Origin: Octopus sinensis
Taxonomy: Eukaryota
Reading direction: 5' to 3'
NCBI RefSeq assembly: GCF_006345805.1
Contig: NW_021835651.1
Location: 1 to 26,081, forward strand
DNA length: 26,081 bases
The notes under the pieces were generated by a model. The model searched no databases. It worked only from the letters and a program-made list of their open reading frames with translations, and was not told the origin of the DNA. The position numbers and the translations under genes were made by a program. This document shows, in pieces, positions 1 through 10,726 of this stretch. How positions within the stretch are numbered: the first letter of the stretch is position 1; each line of letters opens with the position of its first letter.

Positions 1-303
1 ACACACACACACACACACACACACAAAACCTGAAAATCTCACGGCTGGTTGGTTTTCAACGAACGCGGGGGGTTTCTTGACACGAAAACCGTGGCACAGA
101 AGTGGGGGGAAGAAAGGACGAGCGCGGCCTAACGGGAAGCAGGGTCGATAAATGGACTTGAACTTGGTTTTTTTGGTCCCTTTGTATTTTATTCTTTCAT
201 ATTTGCCACCATGCGCCCCGTCTCAGCCCCATCCCCCTGCCCTCCCCCAATCGAAGGGGTTAGGTGTGCCTGCCAAATGAATGCTTTCCCTGAATTAGAT
301 GGG

Positions 304-305
<2 letters not shown>

Positions 306-347
<42 letters not shown>

Positions 348-661
348 ACACACACACACACACACACACAACATATAGACATACACAAACACACATATAC
401 ACAAACTCACACATACACACGTACACACATGCATTTATATATGTCACACATACATAAACACATATAGAAGTATGTCTATGTGTGTATATGTATGTTGGGG
501 GGGGGGTTATATAAAAAAGAAACTCAATTCGAACAGGTTAATTGGAATATTGGAATGCTACAGTCGAGGCGGGGCAGCAAGGTGAGTTGTTTGTGGAGGT
601 CAGCGGTAGCAGCCGGCCCTGCCCCTTGTTTAGACCGGCCACCTAGCGGGTAATGAAGTCG

Positions 662-701
<40 letters not shown>

Positions 702-825
702 TGGAAGGAGGGGGCGTTGATGACGACAGCGGATATAACGTTGGTGATGATGATGGTGGTGGAGGGGGAGAAAGAGGAGGAGGTGTCGGAGAAAAGGGGA
801 TTGTCGTGATGAAGGTTGTGATGAA

Positions 826-868
<43 letters not shown>
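306..868. repeat. Microsatellite cluster: (CA)n, (ATT)n, (GAT)n
   Basis: Direct inspection; unique sequence lies between the tracts (about 490-660). Confidence 0.9.
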
Positions 869-1621
869 ATAGTCGTAATAGTAATGGTCCTGATAGTGAG
901 CTCTTCAATGCTTGAAAACTTACAAGAAGTACGACCAACCGCAAAATAACAAATTGATGAGACTCAATTCACGCTGCTGCCTCTAATCCCCCCCCCCAAC
1001 AACCACACTAACCTCATACCTGCCCCCATCATTTTCTCTTTCCCCCTCCTCTGTCCTTCATTTCTACCTGCTTAATTAGTCTTTTCCCCCACCTCCTCTT
1101 TCGCAGAGCATTGGTAGTCATTGAGGTGCCTGGCACCAGGGAACTCGTAAGGTTCCCATCGCCCTCCACCAGTCGGTGCTAAGCGGTCGGTTGGCATTTT
1201 ACGATATAGAAATCTGGAGATGCGAAGGAGCGATGATATTGACGGAGAAACTCCAGGCGTCGACGAGGACCAACAAACTGGTTTGTTTTGGTCATTCGGG
1301 GACAAAACTACCAGGGATTACTTTGGAAGTGCTACCGCGTTAAAGTCCACAGGCATCTCGAGCAGTCCCGCTCGGTGGTATTGCCAGAGAGGCACACACA
1401 GCGCGCTCGTGCCGCGTCCGACCATCGCTAGCTTGTGGAGTTACGTTGACCAGCGGTTGACGTGTGTAGGATGAATCCGACAATCGGCCGAGTCCACCGT
1501 AATAATCACCTTACCACCCTCTTTTCCAACACGATTTCTTCTTCCATTCAGAAAAATCACCTTAGCACTTTCTTCCAACCATATTCACCATTCTCAGATA
1601 ACTTTCCATAAATTATACTCA

Positions 1622-1684
1622 GCCCCTCCCACAAAATTGCTGCCCTTGTAGCAAAGTTTGGAATCATCATCATCATCATCATCA

Positions 1685-1737
<53 letters not shown>

Positions 1738-1738
1738 T
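1622..1738 (+). mobile_element. 3' end of a SINE with (ATC)n/(ATT)n tail
   Basis: cccctcccacaaaattgctgcccttgtagcaaagtttggaat resembles the 3' ends of the copies at 5547-5770 and 5362-5512 and runs into a trinucleotide tail. Confidence 0.65.
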
Positions 1739-2269
1739 ATGGGTTTTTCTTCTTCTTTCAAATTTGCTTCCATTTCTTGCCGGGTGTCTTCCCGACTCCT
1801 AGGGCAAAGAAACTCATAGTATACATTGGTAGGTCATTAAACTAAACTCATTAGTTCGTTCATTTTTTTTTTTAATAGAAATAAAGTTAAATTAATATAC
1901 ATGGGTAGTAATAGTTCTCACATCGACAATGCTCTTCTCAATACTCTTATTATTATTATTATTATTATCATCATTATCATCATCATCATTATCATCATAT
2001 AATCAGTTTCATGCAGGCAAATATCTGCATCACCAAGTGCACAGCACGATGTTCCGGGGATGGAGGGTAGGTGGGGGGTGTTCGTGCTGCATTGTCTTGA
2101 GGGAAGCAGGACGGAGAGGGATGCAGAATCGTGTTTGTAGGGTGGTACATCTGTTTTGTCTTATTCGGGTAGGAGTCGTCTTGTTGTTTCCTGGCGGAAT
2201 AATGGCGTTGCGCGGGTTTTGTTCATTTTATTTCTGCTGTAGAATACATGCAGGCAGTGTGTCGTGGTA

Positions 2270-2311
2270 TATTACTATTATTATTATTATTATTATTATT
2301 ATTATCATCAT

Positions 2312-2343
<32 letters not shown>

Positions 2344-2755
2344 TAGTAGTAGTAGTAGTAGTAGTTAGTAGTAGTAGTAGTAATAGTAGTAGTAGTAGTA
2401 GTAGTAGTGAGTTTTGACATATGCTATTACATAAACAATAGAGTAATTGGCATGCATACACACATATGCACAGACGGATATACATACATACACACACATA
2501 TGTCGATGCTCATATACAATGCATACATATATATAACAGAGATGTGTCTATGCAGGCATGAATGCATACACACACACACACACACATACATATACATACA
2601 TACATAGATACACGACTACCCTGTTTGAGGTTGTTTATATTTTAATGCAAGAACCTTGTGCCAAGGTTAAGAACTGGCCTTTTCTCCATTGGTGAGAAAT
2701 TCGAAAAATAAAACCATCAGCATATACATACATACATACATACATAATACATAAC

Positions 2756-2811
<56 letters not shown>

Positions 2812-2941
2812 TATATATATATGTATAGCATTTACCTCTATATACAGATATGTATGCATGTATACATGTAACTACAAAATGTAACTACACGTGAAATGTT
2901 GCCTTCAAATGACGCATCCCGCTGGCTAAGCGAGCAGGCCA

Positions 2942-3013
<72 letters not shown>

Positions 3014-3145
3014 GAGAGAGAGAGAGAGAGAGAGAGGGGGAGAGAGAGAGAGAGAGGAGAGGAGAGAGAGAGAGAGAAGGAGAGAGAGAGATAGATAGAT
3101 AGATAGATAGATAGAAGATGAGATAGATAGATAGATGATAGATAA
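2270..3145. repeat. Microsatellite cluster: (ATT)n, (AGT)n, (CA)n, (CATA)n, (TA)n, (GA)n, (GATA)n
   Basis: Direct inspection. Confidence 0.9.
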
Positions 3146-4045
3146 GACCTTGGTAAAAGTGTTTAAGACAGATTAGAGATGCTTACATTTTCTTTTACTA
3201 TATTGGTAGAACATTCCAATGTAAAGACTGATACAACGGAACTGACACGTTAAAAAGATGCCAAACAGATGTGAATGGTACATCAGTTGAAAGACCAATA
3301 AGGGAACCTCTCCGTGGTCGATTAATCTGCTAGAATTAGCAGCCGGTCAAAATCTCCTGATGATCATTCCCAATGAGTAACGAAATAGGATAAGGTATTT
3401 CCAAATACACCTTTACCAGATGAAATGATTTTGGCCGTAGGTCCGGTCGATCACCAGAGATCGAACATTAAACAACGGCAGCAGCAACCACATCTATACC
3501 TAAAGCACAGAAGCTTCTTAAATTTTAATGTCCGTATCTAACCAGAAGATAATATATACACACCACAGCATAGACGTAAATGTTAGCATCTATAAAGACG
3601 ACAACTCGCACGGCGCCTGCGCGTGGCAATGCGCGCGCTGGATTTCAGTTCAAGTCTTTTCTTCTGAAGAAATAGGATTCGTCACTTTTATATCAATTAC
3701 GTGATTATATTCATGATGACTCTGTTGAAGCAGATGTCGAACACAATTAGATTATAAATTCCATGAGAAATTTCATTTATTCTTATTTTTATTCTCTCTA
3801 TATACATATATATATATATATATATATCATTAGAGAGTCGGTTTCTAACCTAGATCCAAACCTCCTTCACTGAAATGTCAACATCAACAGGGTATGTATG
3901 TATGTATGTATGTATGCATGTATGTATGTGTGTGTGTGTGTGTGTATGCATATATGTATGTGTGCGTGTATGTATGTATGTATGTGTGTGTGTGTGTATG
4001 TATGCATATATGTATGTGTGCGTGTATGTATGTATGTATTCATTC

Positions 4046-4146
4046 CGGCGTTATAGTAGAGGTCACTTGTCCCAAGGTGCTGTGCAGTAAAGTCAAATCT
4101 AAAACCACGTTACTGTAAAGCGAACTTTTAACCACACACCTAAGCC
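4046..4146 (-). mobile_element. 5' fragment of a tRNA-derived SINE
   Basis: ttatagtagaggtcacttgtcccaaggtgc...aaccac...ttttaaccacaca is homologous to the SINE head at 18835-18936. Confidence 0.65.
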
Positions 4147-4237
4147 TCTGCACACACACACATCACCATTTACAACTGCGTTGCGTGCGGTGTGTTAGTA
4201 TCTCTGACGAATGTATATGTATGTATTTATGTGGCAT

Positions 4238-4282
<45 letters not shown>

Positions 4283-4323
4283 TATAATATATATATATAT
4301 ATGCATACATACATACCACACAT

Positions 4324-4373
<50 letters not shown>

Positions 4374-4711
4374 TATACCCGTATAGTTTTCTTCATGCAG
4401 TTCTGGTGTGTATGTGTGTATGCCTGCCTCTATGTGTGCGTCTGGCTTTGTGTATTTTACATTTTCTCCGTTCATTCCGAAATGTCGGCCAAGATGCCAA
4501 AATTAAGTTGTTCCTCGCCCCTAAAAGTGTCAGATGAAACCCCACATCGTTCTAATAGACCCCTTACCATGCCAGTCCTCATTAAAACATGTCGAAGGAT
4601 TGTCAATGAACTTAGGGGCAGGATGGAAATAACGGTTATGGCAGTGGTAGTGGTGGGAGCTAGGACTGTGGAGGAGGGATCCCAGCAACTAAAGGCTCTC
4701 TCTATATTATG

Positions 4712-5046
4712 CTTTCTTCTTCTTCTTCTCCTTCTTTTTCTTCTTCTCCTCCTTATTCTTTTCTTTCTTTTTCTTCTTCTTCTTCGTCTTCTTCTTCTTC
4801 TCCTCCTTCTCCTCCTCCTCCTTTTTCTCCTTATCCTTCGCCTTCTCCTCATCTTGCTTTCTCCTTCTTCTCGTCCTCCTCTTTTTCTCCTTCTTTCTCC
4901 CCTTCTTGTTTTTCTTGTTCTTCTTTTTCTTCTTTGTCTTCTTCTCTTTCTTCTTTTCCTTCGTCTCCTCGTCCTAGCCCTCCTTCTCCTCTTCCTCTAC
5001 CTCCTTCTTCGTGTCCTTCCTCTCCTTCTTCTTGGTGTTCTTCTTC
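4712..5046. repeat. Polypyrimidine (CTT/CCT) low-complexity tract
   Basis: Almost purine-free on the + strand; source of the poly-L, poly-S and poly-R ORFs. Confidence 0.95.
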
Positions 5047-5074
5047 ACACGACGTTTTAAATAATAACAATTAC

Positions 5075-5275
5075 AAAAGTTTCTAACTTAAGTCCACGAG
5101 GTCAATAATTTTGAGGGGCGGGGGAAATAGTTGCCACCAACGACTCTAGGTCGGTGCTATTCATTATTTTCCCTTCTCGTGTCTTCATTTATCGACCACG
5201 GACGAATGTAAGGTAGAGTTGATCTTGGTGGGATTTGAAACAGCAAAGCATTTTTCCAACGCTTTGTCAATTTTG
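5075..5275 (-). mobile_element. Degenerate SINE copy
   Basis: The reverse complement ttcaaatcccaccaagatcaactctaccttacattcgtccgtggtcgataaatga parallels ttcaaatgccaccgagtttggctatgcctttcattccttccggggtcgataaaaga at 5630-5685; it ends in an AT-rich tail. Confidence 0.6.
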
Positions 5276-5361
5276 TCGGTGCAAATAATAATATTAAGAT
5301 CAATATTAAAATCCTTATTAAGATCAATATTAATATCAATATCAAAATCAATATTAAGAGC

Positions 5362-5512
5362 AATATTGGTTTCAAATTTTGGCACAAGACCAGGAGTTTC
5401 GAAGGGGCAGGGCCGTAAATCGATTAGATCGACCCCAGTGTTTAGAAGGGAAAAGTTGACCCCGGCGGCATTTGAATTTAGAACATAAAAACGATTGTGC
5501 CAACTTGTCGCC
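5362..5512 (-). mobile_element. Internally deleted SINE copy; its tail is a degenerate 12-bp aatattaagatc repeat (about 5290-5361)
   Basis: Reverse complement: head ggcgacaagttggcacaatcgt, then ttcaaatgccgccggggtcaac, actggggtcgatctaatcgat and cttgtgccaaaatttgaaaccaat, each matching segments of the + copy at 5547-5770. Confidence 0.8.
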
Positions 5513-5546
5513 ATAATCATCCTCTTACTATAACTCTTAATGTTAA

Positions 5547-5770
5547 GGCGGCCAGCTGGCAGAGTCGTTGGCGCGGCGAACAAAATGCTGCTAAACTAAG
5601 CAACATTTTGTCCGATTTTACATTCTGAGTTCAAATGCCACCGAGTTTGGCTATGCCTTTCATTCCTTCCGGGGTCGATAAAAGAAGTACCCCTTGAGAG
5701 CTGGGGGTCGATGTCATCAAATTACTAATCCCCCCGAACTCGGTGCCTTGGGCTAAAGTTTGAAAATATA
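5547..5770 (+). mobile_element. Near full-length tRNA-derived SINE with a Nin/Deu-like central domain
   Basis: Head ggcggccagctggcagagtcgttgg, B-box-like gagttcaaatgc, central gcctttcattccttccggggtcgataaaagaagtacc (recalled Nin/Deu-type core) and 3' gctaaagtttgaaa. Several related copies occur in the window. Confidence 0.85.
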
Positions 5771-5852
5771 ACAATGATAGTGACAACGTCTAGGATCACA
5801 ACCACATATGATTGTCACTCTTTGTCATATGTGTGTGTGTGCACATGTATGC

Positions 5853-5886
<34 letters not shown>

Positions 5887-6087
5887 AACAAAGGTTAAAG
5901 AACAAACAAATGCAAGGTCATCCGCATAACATTTCATAATTCGAACTTTTAATCATAGAATATACATTTAGACATCACGGAAGATGAAACATAATTCATC
6001 TGTACAAGCAATAAGCATATAATAAGGTGCGAGAAAAAAGTTCATTAATCTTTTTTGTTCCTGACAAGAAACAATCACTGTATTATT

Positions 6088-6150
6088 GATATATATATAT
6101 AATATATATAATATATATATATATATATATTATATATAATATATATAATA

Positions 6151-6188
<38 letters not shown>

Positions 6189-6337
6189 ATGTATATGTAT
6201 CTATGTATATGTATGTATATAGATATATGTATGTACACACACATATACATATAGTTCATATACAGTTAAACGAAGAAAAATAGAGAGTAGGAAGTTAATA
6301 TATCATTACAAATTGGTCATCTTTGCTTCTTACATAA

Positions 6338-6377
<40 letters not shown>

Positions 6378-6440
6378 GTATATATTTATATATATGTATT
6401 ATATATATATATGTATATAATATATATGTATATATATATA

Positions 6441-6495
<55 letters not shown>

Positions 6496-6729
6496 GTATA
6501 TATATAATGTATATATATATGTACATATATATGTATATATATATATGTATATATATATTATGTATATTATATAACAGATAAGAGGAAAAATTCTATAAGA
6601 AAGGAACTCTAATCTCTCTTTTATATTTTGATAAGCATAACAAATGCGCAACCGGTAAAAGAACTTTCACCTAATTAAATTACTTAAATTACTTCAATTA
6701 TTTGTCAGCATTTTCTTCATTTCCTTTTT

Positions 6730-6786
<57 letters not shown>

Positions 6787-6807
6787 ATATATATATGTAT
6801 ATATATA

Positions 6808-6853
<46 letters not shown>

Positions 6854-6900
6854 TATATATATATATGTATATATAATATATATATATGTATATATATATG

Positions 6901-6931
<31 letters not shown>

Positions 6932-6950
6932 GCATGTATATACATATATT
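6088..6950. repeat. Large interrupted (TA)n blocks
   Basis: Three TA-rich blocks at about 6088-6250, 6340-6570 and 6730-6950. Confidence 0.95.
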
Positions 6951-8431
6951 ACGCTTTGTTCTTTTTCTTCTTGTTTTCTTCTTCTCTTTCTTCTTTTCCT
7001 TCGTCTCCTCGTCCTCCTCCTACTCTTCCTTTACCTCCTTATTCGTGTGTCTGTCTGTTTGTATTTGCACATATAATAGAAATATAAGGTGTTTTGTAAG
7101 CAGACCATTAGCTTTATTGTTAAAAAACAAAATGTCGTCGTTCATATCACACGATTTCTCTCTCTCTCACTCTCTCTCTGTCTGTGGCCAGTAAAAGATG
7201 TTTGATCTGGTGCTGTTCCTCATTCACCATCACTTCTCCAAATATCGCTTACCTGTCTGGGACCACGAACAGAATATTAAATTTAACTTAATTATTACAT
7301 ATGCAATATTAAATCTAATTAGGTAGGCCTAATTTGCATAACAAAATGCAAGTATTGATAACTCGAATAATTAATTGATATCTATATTGATCTCTCCGCT
7401 GTGCTGTGTGTTTCTGTTCATCAGATAACTTATTAAAGTTGTCAGATAAATTCGTACGGCTTCTTTCTCTTGCACGAAAAAAAAATATTTTGTAACTCTG
7501 CTCTTCCTCTGCAACTTTAGTTTGTCTTTTTGAAATTTGAATAAATGTCACCTTTTTTCAGACATATGACGACAGAGTGGCAAATCTTAAAATATGAACG
7601 AATTTATCTGACAAACTAATATTTGTATATTAATTGATATTAATTCGATAGAAAACCAGTCAGTCGAGAAGCAAGACAATGGAAGATCATGTATAATGAT
7701 GTGTATGAAAAGAAAACAAGAACCACTGTGTGTGTGTGTATGTGTGCGCGCACGCGTGCATGAGTGACAGAGAGAGGGAGAGAGAGAGTATATATCTTTC
7801 TATAATTGTGAGACTTCCTCTAGAGATGGAGAAAATTTCAGCAATCAGGACTTTCTGTTGTATAACATTTGCTGTACCTGTATTTTGTCTATGTTGTTCA
7901 AATGCAAGCCACTGGCCATTCTGAGTTACATGTCCGGGCACAGTTTTAGTTTACACACACACACACACATTATATATAAAGATATACTTTTATATATATA
8001 TATATATAGATGTATATCTTTATATATAATGTAATATACATACATATATTCATACTTACACAAGCACGCACGCACAGACACACACACACACATACACACA
8101 CATTGTTTACGTTATAAGAATTTAGAAACTTCGAAAGAACATGAAATAATTCGTTTTAACGGTCGAACTTGAAGTAGATAAAGCTATAAATAATAACGTG
8201 TGGAAATTGTTTGTATTGTTGTTGTTGTTGTTGTCGTAATCCTTGTTGCTATTATTATTGCTTTCCCTGGTATTTAACCAGAGGGCAGCTCTAATGACCA
8301 AAAAACTCACGATTAAAGGTTGGGTCCTCCTGGAAACATGCCCATATTTTGTTTTTGTAGGTCATCTATCTAGGATTACATCATCCAATATGTCCGTTTT
8401 TTAGAGACGCTAGGGCGTATTGGTTTGTATA

Positions 8432-8488
<57 letters not shown>

Positions 8489-8788
8489 GAAAGAAAGAGA
8501 GCGACCACGTTGCGAATCCACCTTTACACGGTTGCTCCTTCCAAATCAGCTTTGATCGAACAACCATATTATTTTTTTAAAAAATGGCAAATTCATCTTT
8601 TTCTTGAAGTACATTTACTGAATTCTTCCTTTTTTTTAAGAGAGTAAAGTGTAAAATTAGATTTGATGGTTCGGCTGATTGTGCATAAAGACTGCCTGAT
8701 TGTTTCGTTAACTGGACTTTTGAGTCAAATTAAGACAGCTTTAATTTCGCCATATTAACACCAATGTTTGTTTCGCATTTGCTTTCAG

Positions 8789-8866
8789 AAGATAATATCT
8801 GTCAACCATGTAAAGAACCCGATACATTCGAAGGTCTTGTAGACAGCTTTTGCCGTGCCGGGGCAG
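8789..8866 (+). CDS. SFRP1/2/5: SFRP1/2/5-like gene, internal coding exon (start of NTR domain), 78 nt, phase 1-1
   Basis: Acceptor tttgctttcAG (8787-8788) and donor GTaagg (8867-8872). Translates xDNICQPCKEPDTFEGLVDSFCRAGA+G, giving the C-x2-C-x13-C pattern of the SFRP1/5 NTR N-terminus (human SFRP1 recalled as CPPCDNELKSEAIIEHLC). Its last G joins the TG at 20213 to give Val in frame with the next exon. Confidence 0.93.
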
Positions 8867-9114
8867 GTAAGGAACAGCATCCAGCTTCTTAAACCCCATT
8901 TTCCTTTCCTTTTCTTTCTCATTTTATTAATTTTTATATTATTTACTATCTTATATTTTATATCATGCATTTTGTTGTCGGAGGCGTCGTTGGTCGTTAC
9001 AAGGTCTCTCAGAAGCCAATCGCTGCTTCATTGACCAGGAATTATAAGGGAGTGTTTGAGAAACTCGGGCCGAAATAAATACCACACAAGGTATTTTCAT
9101 TCGACACACATATT

Positions 9115-9665
9115 ACCAACTTTCTCTATAAACTATGTTACCAAAGACTGTGTCTATCTATAGAATATGCTATCTACAGAATGTGACTATCTTTAATCTG
9201 TGTCTAACTATAGATTGCATCTGTCTATAGTTTTTATCTATCTATAACTGTATTTACAAACTATATCTATCTATCCATCTATCTATCTACCTACTTGCCT
9301 GTCTGTCTATCTGTTATCTTTCCGTCTAACTCTGTATAGATTTGTTTATCTCTAGACCGGTCTATAGACTTATTTACTGAGGATGTCTATCTGTAGACTG
9401 TTTCTATGTAGAGCTTATGATTGTCCATAGACTGTCTCTCTATCCACAGATTTGGTCCGTTTATAGATAATGGCTATTCAGATTTTGTGACTAACCATCT
9501 ATAAACTGTGTATCTACAGACATTTATCTATCCATAGAATGTGTCTATTTATTAACTGTGGTTAGATATTGTGACTGTCTATAAACAGGCATCATGACTG
9601 TATAAACTGCCTTTGTATAGTTCATTTCTATTGACTATCTATAAACTTTCGTCTGTTCATAAGAT
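9115..9665. repeat. Cryptic degenerate minisatellite built on (gtc)TATCTATAGACT-like units
   Basis: Many variants (tctatagaat, tctacagaat, actatagatt, tctctagacc, tctatagact, tctgtagact, tctataaact) recur at irregular spacing; the pattern resumes at about 9825-9865. Confidence 0.7.
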
Positions 9666-9689
9666 GTCACTTATACAGGTGCGGCTTAA

Positions 9690-9790
9690 AATATATGTCC
9701 AGGGGTATTTTGTCCGCCTAAACCCATAAGGACGGTAGCCCAGCGTGGTCGCAGTCCAATAACTGAAACGAGTAAAGGAAACAAAAGTGA
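9690..9790 (+). mobile_element. 3' tail fragment of a SINE
   Basis: gacggtagcccagcgtggtcgcagtccaataactgaaacgagtaaag matches the SINE 3' end at 17970-18013 (18/25 over the core). Confidence 0.65.
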
Positions 9791-9865
9791 AAGGTCTAAA
9801 GACTAAAGCCAAATAGCGTCTTTCCACAGAATCTAACTATCTTTAGACCGTGTCTTTATATAGAC

Positions 9866-10183
9866 CAGGGGTTCTCAACTGAGGCCCATACGACCCTTGG
9901 GGGCCCAAAAGATTTTGTTGTTTAAATTTATGAGCGATAAATTAGTTTTACTTCTACGATACACAAAATATTTTAACAATCTTTTTAAATACAATTCTAA
10001 ATAATATTTAATCTTAAAAATAAAGTAGCCCTTTTCTTCATATACAATGAATGGTCACGAGGGTCCAGTAGAGAAGAGCAGGAATGAAAAGAGGGCATAG
10101 GTAATGAATGGTCACGAGGGTCCAGTAGAGAAGAGCAGGAATGAAAAGAGGGCATAGGTAAAAAAAATAGTTGGGAACCATTA
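9866..10183. mobile_element. hAT (Charlie-like) MITE
   Basis: Imperfect 15-bp TIRs caggggttctcaact (9866-9880) and agttgggaaccatta (10169-10183), 11/15. The 8-bp flanks atatagac and atgcgggc match only 4/8, so any TSD is decayed. No coding capacity. Confidence 0.6.
10047..10160. repeat. Perfect 57-bp tandem duplication inside the MITE
   Basis: atgaatggtcacgagggtccagtagagaagagcaggaatgaaaagagggcataggta occurs at 10047-10103 and 10104-10160. Confidence 0.95.
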
Positions 10184-10550
10184 ATGCGGGCTGTAGTTTT
10201 CTACAGATTATGCCAAGCTACGGGCTGTCGAAACGTAAATTCTCTCTCTCTCTCTCTCTCCACAAACTCCATATCTCTGATATTACCAACACACTGTATG
10301 ACCTCCTCTCCTGGCGACGGAGTTAGAAACAGCAATAACAAAAAGTTTTTAAAAAAAGAGAAAAGAAAAAAAGAAATGAAAAAACATAAAAAAGCAACGC
10401 AAAAAATACTCTCACTTTTCTCCTCCATTTTCAATGTGAATGAACTTCGTTCATGCGACAGCAAAAAAACAACGAAGCAGACAGATAACTGGTTGGGTGG
10501 GGGTCGGGTGGAGAGGCGGGGGTCGGGTGAGGCAGTGAAAAACAGTGTAG

Positions 10551-10634
10551 TGGCGTCGGCGAGATTCGAACGCAGTGCTACACGATTTTAAGTGTCATAC
10601 TTGACACAATGACAGCTTATCAATTGACCGAAGC
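10551..10634 (-). pseudogene. Degenerate tRNA-like sequence (pseudo-tRNA or SINE head)
   Basis: The minus strand has a perfect B box (gttcgaatc), a weak A-box-like ggtcaattgataag, a cttaaaa loop and a ...cgacgcca end. The T and anticodon stems do not pair properly. Confidence 0.35.
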
Positions 10635-10654
10635 AAAAGTCGTAAACAACCTGT

Positions 10655-10686
10655 CACTTGCACACACACGCACGCTCACACACACA

Positions 10687-10726
<40 letters not shown>

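Larger units (their letters stand above)
1..8788 (+). other. Presumed 3' part of SFRP intron 1 (CRD exon outside the window)
   Basis: No cysteine-rich Frizzled CRD coding sequence was found upstream of 8789. The three-exon layout of SFRP1/2/5 genes places the CRD exon upstream. Confidence 0.7.

Noticed and set aside
205-305. Perfect Kozak GCCACCATG opening MRPVSAPSPCPPPIEG...
   Set aside because: It runs into a (CA)n tract, has no signal peptide or CRD cysteine pattern, and so is not SFRP exon 1; probably chance.
1220-1474. 84-aa + strand ORF (MRRSDDIDG...)
   Set aside because: No recognisable homology and no CRD cysteine spacing. The nearby acceptor at 1106 gives stops or an incompatible phase.
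3350-3415. Hammerhead-like CTGATGA...GAAA
   Set aside because: The stem II closing pair is wrong (T/C), there are extra bases before GAAA, and no stem I partner exists.
4185-5060. 291-aa ORF, the longest in the window
   Set aside because: Mostly (TA)n and CT-rich low complexity; the unique middle resembles no known protein.
5157-5583. Three overlapping complex-looking ORFs
   Set aside because: They are read through inverted SINE copies and their repetitive tail.
8550-8557. TCF/LEF site CTTTGATC near exon 2 (another at 20384-20391)
   Set aside because: Isolated 7-8-mers are expected by chance in 26 kb of AT-rich DNA; there is no clustering.
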